NCBI GenBank assembly: GCA_951406725.2
Contig: OX597834.1
Coordinates: 46,810,001-46,874,000, forward strand
From: Octopus vulgaris
Taxonomy: Eukaryota
Direction: 5' to 3'
DNA length: 64,000 nucleotides
Shown: one piece after another, positions 51,511 through 64,000 of the stretch
Layout: each line of letters begins with the position of its first letter
Position numbering within the stretch: position 1 is the stretch's first letter
Program-made: the position numbers and the translations under genes
The notes under the pieces: generated by a model
Told to the model about the DNA's origin: nothing
What the model saw: the letters and a program-made list of their open reading frames with translations, nothing else
Database searches by the model: none

Positions 51511-52469
<959 letters not shown>

Positions 52470-52470
<1 letters not shown>

Positions 52471-53445
52471 ATAAGGAAAATAAGACAAGGTAGAGAATAC
52501 TAAAATGATTTTATCATGAAGAACATTTTAGTACTGGTTTCAGTCTTTGTAACATGAAGAACAATTAAATTGTAGAAAAATTCAATAATTTTCAAATGTA
52601 AGGGACATTTTTCTTTTTTCTGTCTGTCTCTTTTTTTTTTTACTCATGTGAGTTCTAGGTGGTGGGCAGCAGGTAGCAGTGGTTTGATATGAATTCTTGT
52701 TTTTGATTGTTTAAGCAGCAGTAGCAGTTGAGAAAGGAGGCAGTAGAGAAGAAGAAGAAGAAAAATGCAGGAATGGTATGACAGTAGCTGGATATTGGTG
52801 GAATCCTCTTAAATGGTCAAGTGACCTAAAAGTAACATGCTGTAGTTGTTATAGTAGTGATTAGAATTGTTCTGAATAAATTCATGGGAAGTGACTGTTC
52901 TGAATATATCGTTTTTAATATTTGCATGGGTATTATTCCAAGACCCTTGTAATAGTATCATTTGTTGTGGATGCATTCAAAAGGGGTTTATATTTTGTGA
53001 TAAAGTATGACTCTTTACTAATGCGCTGACTACAGGTTGCATCGTCCCTGAATAGATTGAGGGGGAAAATTCTGAGGCTGGGTTGTTTGTTATTGGTGCA
53101 AATGTCGATGTGTTGGCTGAATGATATTTTTCTGTATTTTTGAATTTTGATATGGGATCTATGCAGAGACGTCCTTTGATGTATTGCTCTCAACACCCAA
53201 AACAAGTTAATACATATATCAGGTTCTCCAAAGCACATGTAAAGTTGCTCTTCACTGTAAAACGTTGACCCTGTTCGAAAGAGAACTCAGATCCCTCAAT
53301 TAGGTTGATGCATATACCACAGTTAGGTCTTCTGCATTTTTTTACTGTTGTTGTTGAGCGAATTCAGGTTTGTGTTAGGACATTTTTCATAGATTTGGGC
53401 TCTCTTTTGCTCTTTGTGATGGTGTGCATTTGGAGGATTAAACTC
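52470..53445 (-). mobile_element. Second Penelope-like element 3' portion (degenerate GIY-YIG)
   Basis: KKCRRPNCGIC...FTCALENLIYVLTCFGC*EQYI...KESYFITKYKPLLN; GAAACCAGTA half-hammerhead near 52535. Confidence 0.85.
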
Positions 53446-54052
53446 AGACCATAAAGACAGACGAAATACTGCCAAGCATTTCACCTGGCGTGCTAATGAT
53501 TCTGCCAGCTTGCTGCCTTAAATGATGATGATAATGATTAATATATATTTTATACAATGGTTTTTTTTTTTGTAGAATAAAACAATCTGTATCAATTTAT
53601 TTCATATTTCATCATCGATATTTTTTCTACTCTAGGCACAAGGCCCAAAATTTTTGGGAAAGGGGCCAGTCGATTAGATCAACCCCAATATGCAACTGGT
53701 AGTTAATTTATCAACACAGAAAGGATGAAAAGCAAAGTTGACCTTGGCAGAATTTGAACTCAGAATGTATCGGCAGACGAAATACCACTAAGCATTTCAC
53801 CCGGCATGCTAACAATTTTGCCAGCTCACCACCTTAAATGATGATGATAATGATAAATATATATTTTATACAATTATGTTTTTTTTGTAGAATAATATAA
53901 ATCTGTATCAATTTATTTCATATTTCCTCATCAATATTGTTTGAACACACACACGTACATATATGCCCTACAACTCAACATCCACGAACTCAGGCATCCC
54001 AAATTAAAGAAGCATTTACAACTAAAAGCTCTACCATACATGTGTATGTATG

Positions 54053-54103
<51 letters not shown>

Positions 54104-54114
54104 GTATATATATG

Positions 54115-56765
54115 TGTGCTTCTTATGGGAAACTTAGGTGTGCTTCTTATGGGAGACTTCAATCTGCCCAATGTCAGATGGCCCAAGGGCCTTTCTCTCC
54201 CAGGAATGACAAGATGTGAACGAGGACAGGCGAGGTCCCTCCTGAACCTCATCAACACCCTGTACATGGAGCAGGTAATATTCCAACCAACCAGGGCAGG
54301 TAACACACTGGATCTCTGCTTCACAAATGACATGGATCTCATCCATAATGTGAAAGTGACACCGACACTACTCTCGGATCACAACATGATAGAGCTGACC
54401 ATGTACGGGCCAAAAGAGAGCACGGACATGCAGCCTACAAGAAACCTCAAAATCTTTCCAGCTTGAACTACCATAAGGCAAACTGGAAACAAATTGAGAA
54501 AGAGATCCTCAAACAAAACTGGCCTAAATGTCTCTCCTCGCCAGACATCGACGTGAAACTTCAACAATTCATGTCTGTAATGCAAGCCATATGCTACAAA
54601 TGTGTCCCAGAGAGAAAGGCCACTGTACACAAGAACAAAATCCCCAGAGAGAGGAAAATTTTAATGAGACGGCGTACGAAATTTTCAAATCGCCTAAACA
54701 AACAGATTGAAAGCAGTGAAAAGTCCCGCCTAAAAATAAAACTGTTGGAAATCGAAAAATGTCCTCAACTCTCCCATGAAAAAGAAAGAGCAGACAAAGA
54801 AGCCTGGGCTATAGAAAACATAAAATCTAACCCCAGAGCTTTCTACAGGTATGCCAAAGAAACAGCTACAGTGCACTGTAGAATAGGGCCACTCCTCAAA
54901 AAGGATGGCACACTTACAGGAAAACCAATGAGGGTAAGTGAAATACTGAATGAGCAATTCAAGAGTGTTTTCACTCCACCCCTTGGGCATCTCCAAATCA
55001 CCAATCCAACTGACTTTTTTACCACTGCAGATATAAAATCAGAGGCGGCGACGATAGATTACATCGATATAAAGGAAGACGATGTAACCAAGGCTATAGA
55101 TGAAATGAAAACAGACTCAGCTACTGGCCCCGATGGATTCCCGGCAATCCTCCTAAAAGCATGTAAGAGAGTCCTAGCAAGACCACTGCAGTTCTTCTTT
55201 CAGAGCTTCCTTGCAGCTGGCAAACTTCCAGGAAAACTGAAGGAAGGTAAAATATGCCCCATTCATAAAGGAGGTAGCAGAGCGGAAGCCAAGAACTATA
55301 GACCTATCTCTCTGACCTCACACATCAGCAAAATCATGGAACGAATAGTCAGAAGAAAGCTGATCACCTTCCTTGAAGAGAATGACTTGCTGCCCGACAC
55401 CCAACATGGTCTCCGACCAGGGAGAAGCTGTTTAACTCAGCTCCTACAACACTATGACTGGGTGCTGAAACGGCTGCTCAACCACTCAAATGTGGAAGTG
55501 ATATATCTCGACTTTGCAAAGGCCTTTGATAAAGTCGATCATGGAATGATATGTCACAAACTGCGTGATCTCAACATAGTTGGAAAACTGGGAGAATGGC
55601 TTCATGACTTTCTGAAGGATAGAAGTCAGGTGGTAGTAGCCAATGGGGCCACCTCCATTAACACACAAATAGTGAGTGGTGTTCCGCAGGGCACTGTTCT
55701 GGGACCACTACTGTTCATAATGGCCCTCTCAGACATGCCCTCAGCCACGCAGAGAGCCACGATCACAAGTTATGCAGATGATACAAAAGTTTCACAGGCA
55801 ATACAGAACCCTGAGGACACTAAACACCTGCAATGTGAGCTGGACGAAACATACAAGTGGGCTGAAAAGAATAGCATGCAGTTCAATGCTGGAAAGTTTC
55901 AAGCTTTATACTATCAGCATGCAAAACTGAATGCAATACCCAATGAATACACTGGACCCGGAGGGATTGCAATCCCAGAGGCACAATCAGTGCGTGACCT
56001 GGGTATTCACATGAGTGATGACGCGACCTTTCATTTACATGTTGCTAAACTGACAATGAAATGTAGACGGCTGGCTGGCTGGATTCTTAGAACCTTTAGA
56101 ACAAGAGAACAAGAAACCATGATGGTCCTCTGGAAGACACTTGTCCTAAGCCACTTTGACTATTGCTCTCAGCTATGGTCACCATCCAGTGTCAAGTTGA
56201 TCACAGAACTTGAGGCGATCCAACGAAGCTACACGAAGAAGATAGCCTCTATGCAGAATGTAAGCTACTGGGAAAGACTCAAGAGATTAAAATTATATTC
56301 CCTGGAGCATAGGCGGGGAAAGATATGCCATAATATACATCTGGAAGATCCTGGAGGGAAGTGTCCTGAACTTTGGCATCGAGAGTTACGCAAATGCCAG
56401 AACTGGGTGCCACTGCGTGGTGCCTAGGACTCCAAACCTGCTCTCAAGATGTAGGACAAGATTCTGTGATAGCCTGGGCTTCTGAGGCCCACAGCTCTTC
56501 AATATCCTCCCGAAGAACCTGAGAGACCTGCATGGGGTGGATACAGATGTCTTTAAAATGAAGCTGGATCTCTTCCTGTCAGGTGTCCCAGATGAACCAA
56601 CTTCACGGCAGGAGGGCAGCTGCATCGAACTCTCTCATGCACCAAATAGCAGTTGCTAGAAAGCCTCCATGAAGTGAAACCAAGTAGCAACACCAAATGG
56701 CGGTGCCCCAGCATGGCCACAGCTCATAAGCTGAAACTGTAAAAATCAATCAAAATCAAAAATCA
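54115..56765 (+). mobile_element. 5'-truncated CR1-group LINE (APE endonuclease C-terminus plus RT)
   Basis: MGDFNLP, PTRAGNTLDL, SDH; frameshift near 54460; then NYRPISLTS, YLDFAKAFDKVDH, SGVPQGTVLGP, YADD; (AAATC)n-like tail. Confidence 0.95.
54463..56427 (+). pseudogene. LINE ORF2 reverse transcriptase frame (open ~650 aa, frameshifted at both ends)
   Basis: All RT core motifs in one frame; C-terminus shifts after YSLEHRR. Confidence 0.9.
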
Positions 56766-56791
56766 TATGTATATATATGTGTGTGTGTATG

Positions 56792-56822
<31 letters not shown>

Positions 56823-56825
56823 ATG

Positions 56826-56858
<33 letters not shown>

Positions 56859-56877
56859 ATGTATATATATATATATA

Positions 56878-56932
<55 letters not shown>

Positions 56933-56935
56933 ATG

Positions 56936-57012
<77 letters not shown>

Positions 57013-57027
57013 GTGTGTGTGTGTATG

Positions 57028-57060
<33 letters not shown>

Positions 57061-57125
57061 GTGTGTGTGTGTATGTATATATATATATATATATATGTAT
57101 ATGTGTGTGTGTGTGTGTATTATGT
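56766..57125. repeat. Compound (TA)n(TG)n microsatellite
   Basis: Direct inspection. Confidence 0.95.
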
Positions 57126-57412
57126 ATAAATTAAAATTAAAGGAACAGAAAAACAAAACTAAGGCAGGACAAGCTTATCAGATCATTTTAATTATTTTAA
57201 TCATTATAGTGGTGAATCAAAGTAAGTAGACTACAGATCACCAGCTCCAGCCCCTGCTGTGAACTTGGATCCTGGTGACTTATCGATTAGGGCACCTACA
57301 CACCATGTCTATTAGTATGGATCACCAGTGGCCCAAACCCTTTCCTATTCTGTATATTATGTGTGTGTATATACATATGTATGCATGTGTGAGTGTGTGT
57401 GTATATATATAT

Positions 57413-57456
<44 letters not shown>

Positions 57457-57484
57457 AAAAAGGAGATGTGGAACACGAGTTGTG

Positions 57485-57771
57485 ATATATAAAAAAAAAA
57501 GGAAATGAAGAAAATGCTGACAAAATAATTTAAGTAAGGGAGAGTGTATTTAATTAGGTGAAAGTTCTTTTTACCGGTTGCGCATTTGTTATGCTTATCA
57601 AAAGATATTTTTTTCTCTAAGAGAAAAAAATCTATCAGAAAGGAACTCTATCTCTCTTAAAAAATATCTTTTGATAGGCATAACAAATGCGCAACCGGTA
57701 AAAAGAACTTTCACCTAATTAAATACACTCTCCCTTACTTAAATTATTTTGTCAGCATTTTCTTCATTTCC

Positions 57772-57781
<10 letters not shown>
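57485..57781. repeat. Fold-back element, ~125-bp arms, with hammerhead-like variant in both arms
   Basis: Near-exact inverted arms near (AT)n tracts; TTGATA(G/A)-GCAT-AACAA-ATGC-GCAA-CCGG-TA at 57671-57700. Confidence 0.8.
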
Positions 57782-57863
<82 letters not shown>

Positions 57864-59241
57864 CACAGGTTATATATATGGTTTCAGGTTCAGTCCTACT
57901 GTGTGATACCCTGGACAAAGTGTCTTCTGCTACAGCACGAGCCAAGCAGAATTTAAAGAAGTCTGCCGTGTGTATGTGTGTGTATACACACACTTATGCA
58001 CATCATCATCATCATCATTATTTTATGTCCACTTTTGGTGCTAGCATTGTTTTGATGGTTCATGTCATGGTTCTACTCATATGTCGTTGGGAGTGACTGT
58101 TCCTATCAAGTGACACTTGTGTCATTTGATGTAGTTTCAGGAATTTAGGAATAGGGGTTCAATTGCACTGACCTGGTACTTCATAAGTGCTATCTTTTAT
58201 CAACCCTGCCCCACCCAGAGATGAAAGATAAAGGGATCTCAGTACTTCACTGGTCAGTAGCAGGATTACTCATTTTAGCCAACTAAGTGGACTAGAGCAG
58301 TATGAAATGAAGTGCTTTGCTCAAGAACACAATGCATCACCTGGTCCAGGAATTGAAACCACAATCTTACAATCATAAGTCCAGTGCCCTAACCACTAAG
58401 CCACACACATCCACTCAGATTGTAAAAAGCTAGAAGAAATACAGAAGAGCATTATGTTGGATGTTCTATCAATTCTGCATATTCTTCAGCACAAGTAATT
58501 GTTTCTAGTAAAGACATTAAATCAGAAAAACATGGTGGGAGGTGTTAGATGATTACATTAAATCTCAGTAATTAATTGTTGATTTATTTTATTGACCCTG
58601 AAAAGATAAACACCAAAGGTGACCTTGATAAGATTTGAACTCAGTATACGTGTGTGTTTGTGCTTCTTCATCTTGACATTGTGCAATAGTTGTCGACAAA
58701 GGTTGGTGATGGGAAAGGCATCCAATTCCAGAAAACCTGCCTCAGTGAATTCTGTTCAATCCATGCAAGCATGGAAAAAGGATATTAAAACAATGATATA
58801 TGTGTGTGTGTGTTGGTCTTTGCTAGTGCAGCCTGACTGGCACCCGTGCTGGTGGCACGTAAAAAGTACCACTCAAGCATGGCGATGCCAGTGCTGCTTG
58901 ACTGGTCCCATGCTGGTGGCACATAAAAAGCACCATTCAGGCGTGGTTGTTGCCAGTGCCACCTGACTAGCTCCCATGCCAACAGCACATAAAACCACCC
59001 ACTATACACTCGGAGTGGTTGGCATTAGGAAGGGCATCCAGCTGTAGAAACTTTGCTAGATCAGATTGAAGCTTGGTGCAGCCTTCTGGCTTGCCAGCCC
59101 CCAGTCAAACTGTCCAACCCATGTTAGCATGGAAAGCGGATGTTAAACAATGATTATATATATATATATAATATATATATAGTTCAAATTTACAGAAAAC
59201 AAAAGATGAAGACAAAAGATGCTCGTAAAGAATGGAAAAGT

Positions 59242-59277
59242 CTTTGATGTTTCGAACCTATGCCCTTCGACAGAAAG
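59242..59277 (-). ncRNA. Minimal hammerhead-like motif with CUGUCGA core
   Basis: Minus strand CTTT-CTGTCGA-A-GGGC-ATAG-GTTC-GAAAC-ATC-AAAG, ~60 nt from an (AT)n junction. Confidence 0.55.
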
Positions 59278-60974
59278 GATTGACAGGAAAACAAAATGGA
59301 GAGAGAGAAAAATATGTAGGGATTAATGGTTCAACATGATGAAATGATTGGAAGGAAAAGGCTGAGTGAAAGGGAGATAATAACAGTGGCCCGGCTGAAC
59401 GAAGTTGTGCAAGCATGTGTGTGTGTGTATTAAGTGTGAATGTGGGTGGCACATAGTTACATTTCCCTACAAACTTACACGCACATTCACACACAAGTAA
59501 AAGTGAGGGAATAATAATCCGATACAATGCTTATCAGGTGTTACCCCTTAAAACAGCTGATTACCATGGTAACAGATGGTGGTTATTTTCACTGAAGAGT
59601 GCATGTAGGGAGGCTAGGGGTGGGCTAGGTAGGAGGTGTACAAAATGATCTGTGGGTAGTAGAGACTGGTGTTATGTTTGTGGGTGTGACATTTATAAAT
59701 GTTTCAGGTTGAAAAACAAGTGTGTTGTGGTGGTGGTAGTGATTGATGCTGTGGTTGTAGTTGCTGTAGATGTTGTCTTGACCCTAAGTTGGCCAATCCT
59801 TATCTTGCAAATCTATAATCAAAGGTTACAAACAATTTTTATCTTTTTATTTTTTATATTTTTTTACTTTTAGTCATTTGACTGAGGCCATGCTGGAGCA
59901 ACACCTTAAGGGGTTTTAGTGAAACAAATCGATCCCGAGACTTATGTTTTGATCCTCTGTCAGTTTCTTTTGCTGAACCACAACATTACTGGGACGTAAA
60001 CACACCAACACCGTTTATTATTTTTTTTACTGTTTATCTTTTTTCGAATCTGAATGAAATTTCACTGCTATTTCTAGCAGGTTATAGAACTACACCGATG
60101 CTCCCTCATGGCAGAAACAATTAGAAAGATGTCAGTTCTTGCAACCCCAAATATACTGAAATAACAGACCTTTCAATGCATCGATGTTAAATAATAACAC
60201 TCATGGAAAAATATACCAGCACCAGCAACACCACCACCACCACAAGGTAGCAGCAACAATTAATAGAGGAGTGCAGCTGGAATGGGAGGGAGGGGTCAGT
60301 CTACCCAGAATTACTTTTTTGTGGGAGCAGCACTTTTGAATCTGCTGTGTTAGCCTGTATAGGGGGTGGGTTGGAAGTCAGGTGGGAAAACTCGAGGGCC
60401 ACTCCAAGTGGCACACACTCTGGTTACAGCACTGGATTACTGAAAGTCATACATGGAAATACCATTTCTGATTATTTCTGTTGAAATGTAAATTATGGTT
60501 GGCTTCCTACATTGTTGGTCGATGTTATTGCAGAGTCAGTAACTTAACCACCTCTGATGTGCCTGGGGCTGTACCTAACATCATTGACCATCTCTCATCT
60601 CATGGAGCAGCAAATGACACCATCTATTGGTCATGTGTAGCTGTATACTTGTCTGCCTTAAGGTCCCTACCTCTAGATTTTCTGTAGGAGTTATTTTATC
60701 TTCTTATTTTTTCTTTTACTTGTTTCAGCCATTTGATTGTAGCCATGCTGGAGCACAACCTTGAAGGTTTTTAGAAGCAAAAAACGACCCCAGGACTTTT
60801 TTTTTAAAGCCTAGTACTTATTCTATTGATTTCTTTTGCCGAATCACTACGTTACAGGGATGTAAACACACCAACACCAGTTATCAAGCAGTGGTAGGGG
60901 ACAAGCAGACACAAAGACACACACAGATATATGCACACATATATATTTATATATAATGGGCTTCTTTCAGTTTC

Positions 60975-62910
60975 TTATTTCTTTGCTGCCCACAAGGGGC
61001 TACATACAGAGAGGACAAACAAGGACAAATGGATTAAGTAGATTATATTGACCCCCAGTGTGTAACTGGTACTTATTTAATCAACCCCGAAAGGACGAAA
61101 GGCAAAGTCGACCTTGGCGGAATTTGAACTCAGAACAGAGTGGCAGACGAAATTCCATTAAGCATTTTGCCTGGCGTGCTAATGATTCTGCCAGTTCATA
61201 CTAAAGTAATAATAAGAATTCTTTCGACTATAAGCACAAGGCCTGAAATTTTGGGAGAGGGGGTTAATCAATTACACTGACCCCAATGTTCAACCCCAAA
61301 AGGATGAAAGGCAAAGTCAACCCTGGTAGAATTTGAACTCAGAACATACAGCAGGAAATACCGCTAAGCATTTTGTTTAGCATGCTAATGATTTTGCCAG
61401 CACGCTGCCTTAATGATTATAATAATCCTTTCTACCATAGGCACAAGGGGAGGGAGCTAGTCAATTACATCAAACCCAGTACTTGACTGGTACTTAATTT
61501 ATCGACCCCAAAAGGATGAGTGACAAAGTTGACCTCAGTGGAATTTGCACTCAGAGTGTAAGGGTAGATGAAATGCCACTAAGCATTGTGCCTGGCACAC
61601 TAATGTTCAAAACCAGTAAGTTTTGGGTGGGTGTAAGGTGATTACATCAACCCCAGCATACAACTGGTACTTATTTTATCAACGCCGAAAAGATGAAAGG
61701 CAAAGTTAACCTTAGCAGAATTTGAATTTAGAACTTAATACTGGGAAAAATACCTCTAAACATTTTATCTGGCATGCTAACAATCCAGCCATCTCACTTC
61801 CTCAATAACAATAATAATGACAATTTCAAATTTTGGCGCAAAGCCAACAATTTGGGGCCAGGGGTAAGTCAATTACATCGACCCCAGTCATCAACTGATT
61901 CTTATTTTATCAACCCCTAAAGGATGAAAGGTAAAGTCGTTGCCACAGGATGAAGGATGAGGGGGACAATACAAAGACAGACACAAAGTGTGGTTTAATA
62001 ATAATAATAATAATAATAATAAGATAATTATTCTTGAGGTAACTGCTGCACTTGGCACAATACCCAAATAGCTACATAAGAGACTGAAATACACTGAAAT
62101 TGAAACTCACTTTGTTGACCTGTAGAAAAGTGCACAAAAATTCCAAGAAAGATACTTGTGATTTGATGAGACTTGTCACCAGACCTCAAGACAACATCTC
62201 TACTAATATAGTATGTAATAGTTAGAGGAACGATAATTGTTATAACAACCCTTTCTACTATAGGCACAAGGCCTGAAATTTTAGAGAAGCAGGGTTAATC
62301 AATTGCATCGACCCTAGTGCATCACTGGTACTTAGTTTATCAACTCTGAAAGTATGAAAGGCAAAGTCGGCCTTGGTGGAATTTGAACTCAGAACCCAGA
62401 ATGTAAAGACGGACAGAATACTGCTAAGCATTTTGTCCAGCATACTAATAATTCTGCCAGCTTGCCACTATAATAATAATGATGATGATGATGATGGTGG
62501 CGGTGGCGGTGGCGGTGGCGGCGGCGGCGACGACGGCGACGACGACGACATGTAAATAAAATCCCAGGAGACCCATCTCACAGAAATTCAAAAGATTATG
62601 CTGACAAGTATGGGTCATATCCATAGAAATACCCTATAAACTGTAATGTTTGTGTTGTACTATATGAATGTATATCTGTATTGCTTTCTCCATTTTCCCT
62701 CAAGTAACTTTCAGTTACATCTAAACATCTATTAACCTTCATTTACCCTAGGATGTCGGGTATGACCTGGCAAGTGAATGCATCAAACACACAGATTAAA
62801 ATAATAATAATTGTTTCTAACTTTGGTGCAAAGCCAGGAATCTTGAGAGGAAGGAACAAGTTGATTACATTGACCCAAGTGATCAGCTGGTGATTATTTT
62901 ATCAAACTCG
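60975..62910 (-). mobile_element. Array of ~7 SINE A copies in (TAA)n, interleaved with plus-strand RLE-LINE fragments (~62030-62220, ~62555-62800)
   Basis: Family A cores; ALGTIPK..DL*KS and KIPG..EIQKIML remnants. Confidence 0.75.
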
Positions 62911-63186
62911 AAAGTTTAAATAATGTGGAGCTGTGTCTGTCTGTTAAATATAAACAACTCCAACTAAATGTATTGAGTGCGATATATATATATATATACA
63001 CACATGCACATATGTACATATATGTGTGTGTGTTATGATGGTTGTATAAACAGCTAGCTATATGAACAGTTACAGAAGATAGGTGACTGACAATGGTAAA
63101 GAGAGATGTTTGTGTGTTCTTTTAAGGGTGGTACCTGTGCCGAAGACAAGAGAGAAGACATTGTACAGATACTTAGTAGTTACTTG

Positions 63187-63204
63187 TGCTGCCCCCTAGT
63201 GCCA
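63187..63204 (-). promoter_or_regulatory. Possible CTCF site
   Basis: TGGCACTAGGGGGCAGCA, close to the CCACYAGRKGGCR consensus, in non-repetitive DNA. Confidence 0.3.
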
Positions 63205-63409
63205 GGTATTATATTTCAAAGCTAAATCTCCACTCTAATCCCCCCCCCATCCATGTCATTTAAACATGTCAGATATTCATCATCTCCTCGTTTGCCCTTC
63301 ATGTCTGCACTTGGAACTGGTGGTAATTTTTTTTTATGGGAGTTTAATGATATGGGGGGGGACTGGAGAAGGTGGGGGGTTGTTCATTTGTGGGTTTGCA
63401 TCTTGATGG

Positions 63410-64000
63410 CAGTGGTGGTGCTGTTTTTGTTTATGTGTATGTGTTGTTGTTAGTGGTAGTAGTGTGTTTGTGTTGCTGTTGTTGTTGTTGGTGGTGTGTA
63501 GGTATTAATATTAGAGGTATGTGGTGATGTGGGCAGTGGTAACCTATGTGGAATGATGATTGTAGTGTTTATTGTTGTTGTTATTAGTGATGGTGATGAT
63601 TGTGTGTGTGTGTGTGTTGATAGTGGTAGTTGTGGTGGGTGTGAAGTTGTGGTTGATGTTAACAATGTGTGTTGGCGGTATGTGTGTTGTTGTTGTTGGT
63701 GGTGGTGGTGGTAGTGGTGGTGGTAATTGTATATTCTATGTGGAAATAGTGTGGTGTTGATGATGATGATGATGTCTGAATGTGTTTGAAGTGGTGGGGT
63801 TGTGTTGGTCAAGGTGATGATGATGATGGTGATAGCAGTATGTGACAATGGTGGTGGTAGTGACGGTGACGATGTTGATAGTGATGGTGGGGTGGTGGTG
63901 GCAGTGGTTGTGGTGTTGGCAGTGGTGATGGTGGGGTGGTGGTGGTGGTGGTGGTGGCAGTGGTTGTGGTGTTGGCGGTGGTGATGGTGGTGGTTGTAGT
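63410..64000. repeat. Degenerate (GGT/GTT/GAT)n low-complexity tract
   Basis: Direct inspection. Confidence 0.9.

Overview
AT-rich, microsatellite-dense animal genomic DNA. The repeat landscape suggests an octopus or other cephalopod intron/intergenic region (inference). No complete host gene is identifiable; most listed ORFs are microsatellite artefacts or antisense readings of repeats. Supported content: three tRNA-derived SINE families (called A, B, C here) in dozens of copies; 5'-truncated LINEs of RTE, CR1-group, Tx1/L1 and RLE (R4/Dong-like) type; two Penelope-like (GIY-YIG) elements converging on a ~960-bp (AT)n tract; mariner-like remnants; hAT, piggyBac-like and Helentron-like MITEs. 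Most notable: (1) about nine loci with minimal hammerhead-ribozyme-like motifs, one with a fully canonical core (39312-39359) and one circularly permuted (23051-23100). Many sit in fold-back palindromes inside or beside (AT)n tracts. (2) Two SINE/LINE shared 3' tails visible within the window, one with a covarying hairpin. (3) A tandemly duplicated pair of 21-nt microexon candidates at 31390/31532, plus other short AG..GT exon candidates, hinting at a plus-strand host gene. Repeat boundaries were read by eye and are approximate.
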